Source: Octopus vulgaris (Eukaryota). Taken from it: 64,000 nt of DNA. The number at the start of each line of letters is the position of its first letter. Position 1 is the stretch's first letter. Below, piece by piece: positions 14,166 to 26,689 of this stretch. The stretch covers positions 13,144,001 to 13,208,000 of the forward strand of contig OX597835.1 in assembly GCA_951406725.2 (NCBI GenBank). The letters are read 5' to 3'. Position numbers and translations under genes: made by a program. The notes under the pieces are model-generated. The model saw only the letters and a program-made list of their open reading frames with translations, searched no databases and was not told the origin of the DNA.

Positions 14166-14820
14166 TGTGGTCTGATGAATAAGTATTCAGACTGTTGCCA
14201 TAGTAATGAAGTTAAAACATGCAAAATGAAGCGCCGCTTGGCACAGATTGACCTTGAACTCTGCTGTGCAGGCACACTAAGTTTTAACCTTCTAGTTTAC
14301 TTTCGCTGTTTACAGCAGTGTTTGGAAGGAAGGTGTGTAGCGTGTGATCATCGCACTGATCATGACAGAGAAAGTTGAGCAGAGAATCTGCATCAAATGT
14401 TGCCAAAAGCTTGGCGATATCTGCTTGGAAACCTACACAAAGTTTTCAAAAAAGTTTTCATCATTCTTGACACAATCAAGGAGATCTTGTGCAACTGAAA
14501 CCTGAGTGTCTTTTTGCAGAAACCTGGCAGACATACATCTCATATCCAAATCTTCCTGGATAATGGACTGAACTGAACCGTAACTAATCTGCACATCTTC
14601 TGATAACTCATGGATGGCGATTTGACAATTTCCCCTCACAGCTTCATGCAGATCTGTGATGTTATTCTCAATTCTGCTGATTACGGGTCTCCCAGAACGT
14701 TTGTCCCAGAAAAGCCATCTTGGAACCGTCTGAACCACTCATACACTTGTGTGCAGCTCATACATTCCTCTCCATACACATTCTGCAACTTTGCATAAGC
14801 CTATGAGCAGGGTGGCCAAA
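14166..14820 (-). mobile_element. Mariner-type transposon deletion derivative with inverted 5' end
   Basis: The minus strand encodes a frameshifted transposase N-terminus (YAKLQNVYGEECMSCTQVYEWFRRF; RSGRP...IAIHELSEDVQISYGSVQSIIQEDLDMR). Plus strand 14362-14443 encodes MTEKVEQRICIKCCQKLG. Confidence 0.8.
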
Positions 14821-14972
14821 GCATGTGCTTCATGTCCTTGTAGTTTTGAGTTCAGTCCTACGTGGGCAAGTAACCCTGGACTGATCGATGCTTTTTGAGG
14901 AACTTTGTTACTCAGAAAATGTATGGAGGCCCATCATATATATATACACACACACATTTTCTTTCTGTGTCC

Positions 14973-15008
14973 CTTTCTGTAGAAGAGCATAGGCTCGAAA
15001 CGTAAAAG
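14973..15008 (+). ncRNA. Hammerhead-like motif (non-canonical core) in Penelope-type pLTR-like element (~14957-15100)
   Basis: CTTT-CTGTAGAA-GAGC(ATAG)GCTC-GAAA-CGTA-AAAG: stems I and II pair; core position A6 is T. Confidence 0.5.
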
Positions 15009-15095
15009 ACTTTTTCTATTCCTGAGTGTTATACTAATACATCTGTTTGTTTTGTACACCACCTGTCTTCGTCTTTTGTTTTTTTAGTAAACTCT

Positions 15096-15164
<69 letters not shown>

Positions 15165-15330
15165 GTATATATAAAAATTAAAAATTTGTCTAATATAGCA
15201 GCATTTTCGAACTTCATTTTTTACAAATATATATATATATATATAGTTAATCCAAACAAGAAAACACAGCAACGCGAGGACGTGGAACAATTAAAGTATT
15301 ATTTGACGCTCAGGAAAGAAGGGAAGGAGG

Positions 15331-15365
15331 GTTTAACGTTTCGAGCGGAGCTCTTCGTCGGAAAC
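15331..15365 (-). ncRNA. Minimal type I hammerhead ribozyme motif
   Basis: Minus strand: GTTT-CCGACGA-A-GAGC(TCC)GCTC-GAAA-CGTT-AAAC; stem I GTTT/AAAC, palindromic ACGT stem III, GUU cleavage triplet. Confidence 0.7.
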
Positions 15366-15749
15366 AAAGGAGAAGGAAAGATCCCGAGAAGGGAAGACAG
15401 AGGAAAAAAATTTTTTTGCTGGTGGTGCTCAAGAGATCGCATGTTGAAATATATATACTAGCTGACATACCCGGTAATTCCCAGGAAAGTGGGGCTTATC
15501 CCTTGGTTCCATTCTCATAATTGTTTTGCTAATCCAATAACAACAATACTAGATATGTAGCCCTTAAAACAGTTTTTGTGCATTTACAGAGAATACTGAA
15601 CTGTCTTACACAGGATCTTGCTTTTAGGAATTCTCAATAAATTATGAATATCCAAATTGTGAAGTCAGTTATGTAATAACATGAAATTAGTTACCTGATA
15701 GTAAGAATTCAAGTAAAGTAGCCCCGAAAAGAGCTTTAATACGTTCCCA

Positions 15750-16200
15750 GAGTATGATTTTGCAGAGACGTTTGATGTGGTGGGTGGGATATTTGGTATG
15801 GATGAGTGATGAGCAACTGCCAAAGCAGCTATCATATGGTGAGCTGGAAGATGGCAGGAGACCAGTGCATAAACCTAAACTAAGGTTTAAGGATTGCCTT
15901 AAAAATGCTCTAATAAAGACAAGAATTGCAGCTGGTAATTGGGAGAGGGGGGCACAAGATCATGATGGATGGAGGAAGATAGTGCATGATGGTTGTTCAA
16001 GGTTTGAGAGGGAGAGAGTGAAGTATGAGAGAATTAGGAGGAGGGGGGGCTTAGAAGGGGGTGAACCTGTGGAAAGTGAGAGAGTGTTGCTTTTTATGTG
16101 CGTGGTTTGTGGGCGGAGGTGTTTGAGTCGTGCAGGCCTGGTGAGCCATCAAAATTCTCATAGAAATCGACCCCTGATAAACAATGATGTGGCTATTAAA
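15750..16200 (+). mobile_element. RTE-clade LINE 3' fragment (ORF C-terminus)
   Basis: RRLMWWVGYLVWMSDEQLPKQLSYGEL..GRR...KPKLRFKDCLK and CVVCGRRCLSRAGLVSHQNSH are typical RTE C-terminal motifs. Confidence 0.8.
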
Positions 16201-17214
16201 ATTCATAACAGAACGTGTCACCAGCATTAGGGGCACACATACACACACACACACAAACACACACACAAAAACACCTATATGATAGGCTTCTTTCAGTTTC
16301 CGTCTACCAAATCCACTCACAAGATTTTGATTGCCCTGATTGCTATAATAAAGTTACTTGCCCAAGGTGCTGTTCTGTGGGACTGAACTCATTGATCACA
16401 TTGCTGGAAGCAAGCAACATAACATAATATGTGTGTGCGTGTGTACAGGTGTTTGTGTGTTTGTGTGGGTGTGTGTCTCACCATTTAACAATCGGTGTTG
16501 ATTTGTTTACATTCATGGAACTTAGGAGCTCAGTTTTTTGGAAAAACACAATTGTTTACTGCCAGGATATTTCTCGTTAAGTTTTTACTAATTTTTCTCT
16601 TGATTTTTGTCCGGAATATTTTTACAATTTTCCTGCTTCAAAAACAGATTTATTTCAACAATTGTAGAATTATCAACAGTTTCATGATTTCAATGTCTGG
16701 AAACAAAAGACTATTATTTTGTTCCGATTCTAGTATCTCTGCTCTTTTGCTAACGTTTTTTTTTTTTTTTTTTGTTTTTTAAATCATTTGTTTGTTTTTT
16801 TTTTTTGGTATTTTTTTTTTTTGTTTTGTTTTCTTTGGCATTCAATATGGCTGTTGTGTGTTTTCAGACTTTTGTCTTGTTGTAAATCTCCTTATGACAT
16901 CTGGATTTCTTATTTCTACAATATTAGCTCGAGAATCATTTTCAGCTGGAAAGAAAACAATTTGATTCTCGAAGCTGCTGTTTACCAAACTTTGATTATT
17001 GAGCAGTTCAACAGTTGCGGAAGAAACCAGAGAGAAGCTAAACATTTGCCCCCCCCCCCCGCCTCCAATGTATATCCTTTGTAAAATGTATCCCAATGTC
17101 ACGCCACTCCCTCTGTCCTCTGGCTCCATCTCTATCTTATGCACTTTGTATATCTTTCCTTATAACTACATATATGTGTGTGCTTGTGTGTATAGCTTTT
17201 ATCTTTTACTTGTT

Positions 17215-17431
17215 TGGAGAGAGGCTTTCTCCGTCCGGGTTGTGGATCCGTGGACTAAGCTGCCGGACGAGATAGTGAAGATGCCGATGACCGCTCGGTT
17301 CAAAGTCTCTCTTGACCAGAAATGGCCTGAACTCTTTGCATGAACACCCTCCCTGTACATAACTCCATGTCTCCCTACATAGCCTTGCTTTTTGCTTTTT
17401 GAGCCAAAAAATTAACTTAACTTAACTTAAC
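17215..17431 (+). mobile_element. CR1/L2-like LINE 3' end
   Basis: REAFSVRVVDPWTKLPDEIV...FKVSLD motif and (AACTT)n tail; second copy at 63700-63945. Confidence 0.75.
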
Positions 17432-17779
17432 AGTCATTAGATTGCAACCATGCTGTAGCATGGCCTTGACGAATTTTGGTCAAACGGATCCATCTTATTA
17501 CTTATTTTATTTTAAGCCTGGTGTTTGTTCTATCAGTTGCTTTTGCCAACAACATCAACACCAATTGTCAAGTAGTGGGGTGGGGGATAAACAGATGCAA
17601 AGAAACACACACACCCACCCACCCACCCACACACATATATGTGGCAGGTTTCTTTCCGCTTTTGTCTACCAAATCCACTCTTAAGCTTTTGGTCAGCCCA
17701 AATCTGTAGTAGGAATTACTTGCCCAAGGAGTAACACAGCATTTGTCCAGTATGCTGACGATTCTGCCAGCTCGCTGCC

Positions 17780-17856
<77 letters not shown>

Positions 17857-18082
17857 TCAAATTTTTGCCACAAGGGCAGCTTAGGGGAGGTGGGGATGAG
17901 TCGATTACGTCAACCCCAGTGAGTAACTGGTACTTATTTTATCCACCCTGAAAGGATGAAAGGCAAAGTCAACCTCTGGCAGAATTTGAACTCAGAACAT
18001 ACCATGGGTGAAATACCGCTAGGCATTTCATCAAGCACACTAACAATTCGGCCAGCTCACTGCCTTCTTAATAATGATGATG

Positions 18083-18130
<48 letters not shown>

Positions 18131-19216
18131 GTAACCAATGTATACTATAAGTTTATTTGCCCTAGGAGTGGGGAAGACACTCGGCAAGAAATGGAAGCAA
18201 ATTTGAAAGAAGAAAAAGAGAGTAATAATAATAATAATAATAATGTTGATGATGATGATGATGATGGTGATCGATAGTCCAACATTCTGTGGAGATTAAG
18301 GAGAAGTTTTATGTAAATGAGAGCTTTTTTGCTGCAGTTTTGGTTGAGGATGAAATATTGAATTTTAATCAAAGAAAAAGGAAAAAAAAAAAAAATTACA
18401 AAAAAAAAAAAAAACAACTGTTAAAGATTGGAATCTAGTACAAAATGTAATTAATCATCTGATAATTACCTCTAATTATTGCAGTTTATTGACAGCTTTT
18501 AATTAATTGAAAGTATTGAACTATTGTAAATTGAAAAACAACTTACGAAGCGAAGCTATTGATAACGAGTTTATCTTACTGTTTTCCAATTTTATTGAAC
18601 TCTTGCAGAAAAATAAAAACAAAATATTTATTTTAAAAATAGGTGGGGGGGGGGGAGAAAAAGAGGGAATAATCAATTTGTATTTTTTGTTTGAATTTTA
18701 ACCTTGTAACTAATCAATTTTTTTTTCTTCTGGTTTGGTTTCATGATTCATGCCATTCCAATATTTCTGTGTTTGCTGTTCTAGTTTGATCTCTGAAGTC
18801 TACACTTGTTGACATGTCTAGTTCCTGCAAAAAAATACTCTCTCAGAGACAATAAACATTAAAATTCACCTGAAACACAGAAATATTTGATGATAAACAT
18901 ACTTCAAATTCCATCACTTATTAATAAGGAATCGCCAGGTTTTTTTTTTTCTTTTTGTATTTTATAAACTTTTTTTTTTCTTTTTTGATAGTCGGGTGGC
19001 ATTTTAATCTAATTCGTTAGTTTTGTAATCTATGAAATTGTGCCACAGGCTGCAAAAACTTTATCTTTTCCAAATTTTCGTTCATCTTGTTCAGGATTCC
19101 TCAACAACACAGCATCCTTCTACACGCCATCATTTTATATAAATTTTTTTTTCATGAGATTATGGTTTGTAAGTTTTACTATTGTCGTTTTGTTGTTGTT
19201 CTTATTATTATTATCA

Positions 19217-19277
<61 letters not shown>

Positions 19278-19451
19278 AGCTTTGCATTTTACAACAAGTA
19301 TAATGGTAAAAATTTCCCATCCTTGTGTGTGCTTATCTATGTGCATAAATGCACAGAACATATACACACGTGTATTTATGTATATATTTATATATATATG
19401 TATATTACATTTATATGTATTTATATATATATATATATATATATATACATA

Positions 19452-19822
19452 GGCGCAGGAGTGGCTGTGTGGTAAGTAGCTTGCTAACCAACCACACGGT
19501 TGCGGGTTCAGTCCCACTGCGTGGCATCTTGGGCAAGTGTCTTCTGCTATAGCCCCGGGCCGACCAATGCCTTGTGAGTGGATTTGGTAGACGGAAACTG
19601 AAAGAAGCCTGTCGTATATATGTATATATGTGTATGTGTGTGTTTGTGTGTCTGTGTTTGTCCCCCTAGCATTGCTTGACAACCGATGCTGGTGTGTTTA
19701 TGTCCCCGTTACCTAGCGGTTCGGCAAAAAGAGACTGATAGAATAAGTACTAAAAGGTGGTGCTCCAGCATGGCCGCAGTCAAATGACTGAAACAAGTAA
19801 AAGAGTAAAAGAGTAAAAGAGT
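19452..19822 (+). mobile_element. SINE family A
   Basis: GGCGCAGGAGTGGCTGTGTGGTAAG head through the (TAAAAGAG)n tail, with an internal deletion. Confidence 0.85.
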
Positions 19823-20098
19823 ACATATTTGTACAAAATATATATAATATATATGTATGTATATATACATATGTGTATATATATATATAATATGTGTATA
19901 TATATGTGTGTATGTATATATATATATGTATGCATATAACATGTGTGTATATATATGTATAATACATATGTATGCATATGTACATGTGTGTGTATATATC
20001 CATATATATATAATATATATGTATGCATATATATGTATATATATAGGAATTAGATATAATTACGAGTGTGTGTGTATGTATAAATATATGTGTGTATA

Positions 20099-20611
20099 TC
20101 TATATATATAAAACTGTAGTTGTGTGAGTGTCTGTCCCCTTCGATTTAGATTCCTAACTACTCCCACACTTTGCGGTGCAGTTTAACCAAATTCGGGTAT
20201 CTTATAGTTGTGATTCATATCGAGCCCGTCTGGCTATTAGCGCGCGTCTACAATGAGTCTACGAGTTTAAAAATAATTTAACATCATTTTTTATTCCATT
20301 TTAATGCATAATTTTTCATGTGTCGATGGCGGCGGAGTTGGCGTCCATGGTCACACCTGCACCAGTGTAGCTCCTCCCCTTCTTCCCTCCCTCGTGAAGC
20401 TGTGGGGAAGGGAGTGTAAGGAAATCAACCTCGTAAAGCGTTGTCAAGGAGACCAGCGTTCTTTTAGAACAACGACTTCATGGCTTGAAGACACCAAAAC
20501 AGAAATGGTTAAGAAAGCCCGAATTGGCATCTATAGGGGAAGTAACTCTCTAAAAATGCTTATATAGTTATTTCCCTTACAAACCCGAGCAACGCCGGGC
20601 GATACTGCTAG
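20099..20611 (+). mobile_element. Non-autonomous Helitron (513 bp)
   Basis: TC...hairpin...CTAG in an A|T site; same length as and near-identical to 70-582. Confidence 0.85.
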
Positions 20612-20739
20612 TATATAATATATATGTATATATATAAATGTGCGTATGTGTATATATATGTGTCTATATATAGTTAATCCAGACATGAACAAAGAGAAAA
20701 CGCAACAACGGCTACAACAAAGAGAGAAGAGCGGAGATT

Positions 20740-21035
20740 GGTAACAGCTCAAAGAGCCATGGAGAGGTCAGAGGTCAATGTTTGGAATCTCGTTGAGAGG
20801 GCACATCAGTAGGGAGGTCATCAGAGAGAAGTCCAGCTTGAGGGATGCCATCATAGAGTATACACACAGCAAGTTTAGATGGGCTGGACACGTTGCCCGG
20901 CTCACCGATGATCGGTGGACCCACGCAGTTGTCGAGTGGTACCTGCACGAGCGGAAATGACCACTCGGAAGGCCTCCACAACGGTGGAGTTACGATTTCA
21001 GGAGGGCGATTGGGATCATGTGGATGAGGAAGGTG
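20740..21035 (+). mobile_element. RTE-clade LINE fragment
   Basis: KFRWAGHVARLTDDRWT...GRPPQRW motifs, interrupted by a stop. Confidence 0.75.
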
Positions 21036-21045
21036 CGATCCATAC

Positions 21046-21113
<68 letters not shown>

Positions 21114-21120
21114 GTATATG

Positions 21121-21422
21121 TGGAGGTGCAATGGCCCAGTGGTTAGGGCAGCGGACTCGCGGTTGTAGGATCGCAGTTTCGATTCCCAGACCGAGCGTTG
21201 TGCGTGTTTATTGAGCGAAAACACCTAAAGGTCCACGAGGCTCTGGCAGGGGGTGGCGGTGATCCCTGCTGTACTCTTTCGCTGCAACTTTCTCTCACTC
21301 TTTCTTCTGTTGGCCTGCTCGCTCAGCCAGCGGGGTGGCGTCATTTGAAGGCTAAAACAGTGTGAAGCGCATTGTGACTAGCGATGTGTAGCAACATCTG
21401 ATAGCCTGGTTGGTCACGTGAT
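21121..21422 (+). mobile_element. tRNA(Arg)-like-headed SINE (possibly octopus OR type)
   Basis: tRNA-like head GCAATGGCCCAGTGGTTAGGGCAGCGGACTCGCGG...GTTTCGATTCC followed by a non-tRNA body, set in (TA)n. The family name is recalled, not searched. Confidence 0.6.
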
Positions 21423-21686
21423 CATGTGATATATATATATATATATATATAATTGTATATGCCAAATTTTAAATATATATATAAATTTTCCTCGTATGTA
21501 CATACACATAAAATTTTGTGTACATAAATAACTATATGTGTGTGTGTGCGTGTGTGGAAAGTGTGTGTATGTTTTATTTTATTTTTTTTTTTTGAAGCTG
21601 GAAACATTGTAAGAATTATTTAGGCAGCAAAGTATCATGTACAACACTGGCTGAACAAGTGAGGTCTATGCCTTTTATTGGCTGCC

Positions 21687-21757
<71 letters not shown>

Positions 21758-22166
21758 ACACGCACACATCTGCCCTTGTACATTTGTGGAAAATTATGTA
21801 ACCATCCATAGGGCTGACCATAATTAAATCATTTCTCCCTCGCCGGTAATTCTTCCTAACCTTGGCACAAGATAAACCATTTTTATTCTTCAGTTCTGCT
21901 CAAATACTTGTCTTTGCTGATTCTTTTCCCTCCAAGGTTTTCAAGTAAGACTGAAAAGAGTTTCTTACATAAAGTTATTTACTGCTATGCTGTATGATAT
22001 GTTGCATAATTTCTCTCACTCACTGATTGTCAAATGTATGCTACAAAGATTTGTTCTAGGGAAGGAGAGTAATACAGTAATATTGAAATGTGGTTTCCAA
22101 TTAAAGAGATAGAGGAATATAAAGTATATATAATAGAAGTGTATATCTATGTATCTACATACATAC

Positions 22167-22291
22167 ATGCCCGCGCCTACTTTATGCTTTGCAATATCTA
22201 TATCACTTTCTTCTCTATTCTTCTCGTATTCGTATACATACTGATCGATGATTTCAATGGCATATCCATAAATATTCATAGTTAGCATCTG
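22167..22291 (-). other. Possible isolated exon (unidentified product)
   Basis: Acceptor TTTTATTTTAATCCAG(CAG), open non-repetitive frame QMLTMNIYGYAIEIIDQYVYEYEKNREESDIDIAKHK, candidate donors GTAGGC or GTATGT; no recognised homology. Confidence 0.2.
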
Positions 22292-22374
22292 CTGGATTAA
22301 AATAAAAGTGTATATGGTGTGTTGAATAATCTGCTTAGTTGATATTGTCATCTTAAGGAATAAGAGTTCATATC

Positions 22375-22565
22375 CTGTGCAGGTGGCACGTAAAAAACAC
22401 CCACTACACTTGCGGAGTGGTTGGCGTTAGGAAGGGCATCCAGCCGTAGAAACTCTGCCAGATCAGACTGGAGCCTGGAGCAGCCCCTGGCTTCCCAGAC
22501 CCCGGTCGAACCGTCCAACCCGTGCTAGTGCGGAAAACGGACGTTAAACGATGATGATGATGATG

Positions 22566-22613
<48 letters not shown>

Positions 22614-22614
22614 G

Positions 22615-22652
<38 letters not shown>

Positions 22653-23036
22653 CTGTGTATATATAACTAGAAGAATGTAATAAAGTTATAAAGGTACAAG
22701 GTTAGAATATAAAATGTGTGTGTGTGCCGGTGGCATGTAAAAAGCTCTATCCGAATGTGGTTGATGCCAGTGCCCCCTGACTGGTGGCATCTAAAAAGTA
22801 CTGCCCAGACATGATTGATGTCAGGGTCGCCTGACCAGCTCTTGTGTGGGTGCCACGTAAAAAGCACCCACTACATTCTTGGAGTGGTTGGCATTAGGAA
22901 GGGCATCCAGCTGTAGAGACATTGCCTGATCAGATTGGAGCCTGCTGCAGCCACTGGCTTTCCAGACCTCAGTCAAACCATCCAACCCATGCCAGCATGG
23001 AAAATGGACGTTAAATGATGATGGTGATGATGATGA
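22375..23036 (+). mobile_element. Two family C (RTE-tail) copies
   Basis: Two GGCACGTAAAAA(G/A)CACCCACTACA...GGAAGGGCATCC...(GAT)n units at ~22375-22565 and ~22725-23036. Confidence 0.7.
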
Positions 23037-23431
23037 TATAGGTATATATATATATATATATATATATTCTTTTATTCTTTTACTTGTTTCAGTCATTTGA
23101 CTGTGGCCATGCCGGTTTTAGTTGAGCAAATCGTCTCTAGGATCTATCCTCCAAAGCCCAGTACTTATTCCATTGCCTCATTTGCTGAACTGCTAAGTTA
23201 TGGGGGACGTAAACAACCAACACCGGTTGTGAAGCAGTAATAAGGACACACACTCGCACACGCACATATGATGGGCTTCTTTCAGTTTCCATCTACCAAA
23301 TCCACTCACAAAGCTTTTGGCCAACTCGAGGCTTTAGTAGAAGACACTTGCCCAAGGTACAATGGTGTGGAACTGAACCTGGTACCTTGTGTTTGGGACG
23401 CAAACTTCTTACCACACAGCCAAGCCTGCAC

Positions 23432-23489
<58 letters not shown>

Positions 23490-23631
23490 TATATATATAA
23501 TTCTACAAGAATCATTCTGACAGTGACTTTGAAGTTTCAGCTGGTTCCCCTCCCCTCAAAATTGCTAGTATTGTGCTAAAATTAATAAAAAAAATTATCA
23601 TTGTGTTTTTATAAATCAATGTTTTAATATA

Positions 23632-23659
23632 TAACTTTCATTTTCTTTTTCAGGTAAGT
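23632..23659 (+). promoter_or_regulatory. Candidate recursive splice site (3'ss fused to 5'ss)
   Basis: TAAC-TTTCATTTTCTTTTT-CAG|GTAAGT: branch-like TAAC, pyrimidine tract and CAG immediately followed by a perfect donor. Confidence 0.4.
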
Positions 23660-24779
23660 TGAAAGCCTTGTCTGTCTGTTGGTCTGTTGGTAAGAGCAAT
23701 CGATTTTTACCTTAATAAATGCCTTGTTTTTTTGTTTTTTCTCTCCAGATCTTCATCTGTTCCTCCTTGTTGTACCTGATACACGAACACATTAGCACAC
23801 ACATGATTCCACATGCAAGCATGCACAATCAAGCATACGAGGGCTTTTGCTAACACACATGCACACACAATCATACAAGCAACTACTGCTATAGACACAC
23901 ACACACAAACACACACACATTTCCATAGACATAATTGCACACACACAAGCATACACGCAACCCTTCCATAAACACTCATACACACACATTTCCTGTGATG
24001 TTGCATAAACTCAACTTTCATAAGATAAGGTTTCTCGTGTAAGCGCTTCCAGCCATTCTCCAGTCGTGGCCAAAGGCACTGAAAAACACAAATTCTTCAA
24101 ATCTGCCAAGAAGCCTGTGTTAATCTGTTTTTCTAAAAAAAATTATATTTTAGATAATTTCTAACTTTTGAAGAATTCCCCCACCCCACCCACCTACTCA
24201 ATATTGGGAGTTTGTCAAGGAAACAGGCCTGGCTGTGTGGTTAAGAAGTTTGCTTTGCAGCCCTGTGGTTCCAGGTTCAGTCCCACTGCATGGCACATTG
24301 AGCAGGTGTCTTCTACTATAGCGCCAGGCTGACCAATGCCTTATATTCTTTATTCTTTTTATTCTTTTACTTGTTTCAGTCATTTGACTGCGGCCATGCT
24401 GGGGCACCGCCTTTAATCGAGCAACTCGACCCCGGGACTTATAAAGTGAATTTGATAAGCAGAAACTGAGTGGAAGCCCATTGTGTGTATGTGTGCATGT
24501 ATGCGTAAGTGTGTGTGTGTGTTTGCCACCCATCCACCCACATACCACTTGACAGTTGGTGTTGGTTTGTTTATGTCCATATCACTTAGCAGGTCAGGAA
24601 AAGTGACTGAAAGAATAAGTACCATCTTCATCTTCATCATCATTTAATGTCCACTTTCCATGCTGGCATGGGTCAGACAGTTTGACAGGAGCTGGCAAAT
24701 CAGGCTCCCATTTGTCTATTTTGGTACGATTTCTACAGCTGGGTGCCCTTCCTACTGCCAACCACTTTATACAGAGTGT

Positions 24780-25050
24780 ACTGGGTGCTTTTTATGTGGC
24801 ACCAGCACTTGTGCTTTTTACGTCATGCCAGCACAAGTGCCTTATATGTGATACCAGCATGGGGGAGTTTTATGTGGCACCAGCACAAATACCTTATATG
24901 TGACGCAAGCACAGGTCCTTTTTGCATGGCATAAGCACAGGTCCTCTTTACGTGGCCCCAGCATGGGTGCTTTTTATGTGGCACCAACATTGGTGCTTTT
25001 TATACGGCACCAGCATGGGTCTTGTTTTCACCTGGTGCCAACTCACGTGC
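24780..25050 (-). repeat. Minisatellite of TTTATGTGGCACCAGCA-like units inside a family C element
   Basis: About ten degenerate ~25-nt units. Confidence 0.75.
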
Positions 25051-26689
25051 TTTATAGGTAGTATGCTCCAGCATGGTTGCTGTCCAATGACTAAAGCAAG
25101 TAAAAGTGTAAAAGATAAAAAGATATATATCACAGGCTTCTCTACAGTTTCTATCAACCAAATTTCATTCACAAGATGTTATTCAACCTGATGCTCTACT
25201 AGAAGATGCTTATCCAAAATATCATTCAATAGGATCAGCGGTGGTGCCCCAGCATGGCCACAGCCTTTGGGCTGAAACATTTTTCAGGATTTAAGGATGG
25301 AATCTGGAGCCTCGTATTTACCAAAGAAACCTCTTAACCACTCAGCTAGCCATCATCCAGCGATACTTATTTGCTTACCATTGCAATTATCCATGCTGTC
25401 ATCAATACAGCAATTACTTGTTCGCTTTCATTATTTCATTTTATATTCCTCAAACCTAATTAGCTGTTTACATGTCAGTTGGAAATTGCTGCCCTCATTA
25501 AATATATTTTGACACCAAAATATTGTTCTGTCGTCGATGCTCATCACTGTATTTTGCAGCAGAGATTTCTGCAGATGTTAGGAATGCTGGAAAATTGTCC
25601 AATTTTTGCTGCAGTCATCCATAATTAGTTTGGACCGTAAATGATAAATAGATGGAATAATTATGGCGATGAGAATGTTGACGTTGTTATCGTTGTCGTG
25701 AACAAGTGCTAGGACAGTTTGTTTTGCTTTCTCATGTATAATCATAAATATAGTGCCACATCTAGTGAAAATTTGCATCATTTACCATTCTTGCACAACT
25801 ACTTTATCTTCCACACTCTACTCTTGTCAGAATGACATGGTAAACAAATTCCCAGGTATACCTGCTGCACAAAAACCAAATAGTTAAGTGGCTGCTGTTG
25901 TACTTAACCATTTATCATTCAGAAAACACTGCTGAGTTTGCTTTGCATTAATCACGTGTTATCTCATAGCTTTGATTGTTTATTTTTAGAATGACATTGT
26001 CAAGTAGGTGTGAGAAGCAAGATCTGGCTGGTTTGAATATAAAGCAAGTGGTAGGTGGGTGGCAAGCATACACACACACACACACATACACACATACATG
26101 CACACATACACACAATGGGTTTCCACACAGTTTCTGCTTATCAAATTCACTCATAAGGCATTGGTCAGCCTGGCGCTATAGTAGAAGACACCTGCTCAAT
26201 GTGCCATGCAGTGGGATGAACTTGAAACGACAGGGCTGCAAAGCAAACTTCTTAATCACACAGCCAGGCCGGGATCTGGTTGGTTTAAATGCCAAGGTGT
26301 TAATGTAGTGTACCATCTTGATGGTACATCTGATGTAAGAAAGCTAGGGTGACGACTCCAGGGTTGAAATGAATTAAATACAGGATGTATTTGATGGTGT
26401 GTCATTCCCCAATATACTCCAACCTCTGCTTCACAGACACAATGTGTCCATTCTCTGCTTTGTCTACCATTACTACTGTGACCATTGCTCTTCAGTACTG
26501 GTTTGTCTCATTCCACCCCAACTTAAACATTCCCAACTTCCCAATTTTTCTACTTGTTCCTAATGTCATGTCCACCAAACCAGCTGCACCTTGCTTTTGG
26601 TCCCACATTTGGCCACTACACCAAGTCCTTCCTTTCTGTTGACCATGTTTTTACCACCATTGTTGACTTGTCCAAGACTAGCATTAACT

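Noticed and set aside
15457-15495. Reverse-oriented Helitron 3' end (ACTAG plus weak hairpin)
   Set aside because: The hairpin is imperfect and no matching 5' end was found.
21121-21195. tRNA gene
   Set aside because: The tRNA-like head lacks a proper acceptor stem and continues into a SINE body; the same holds for family A and B heads.
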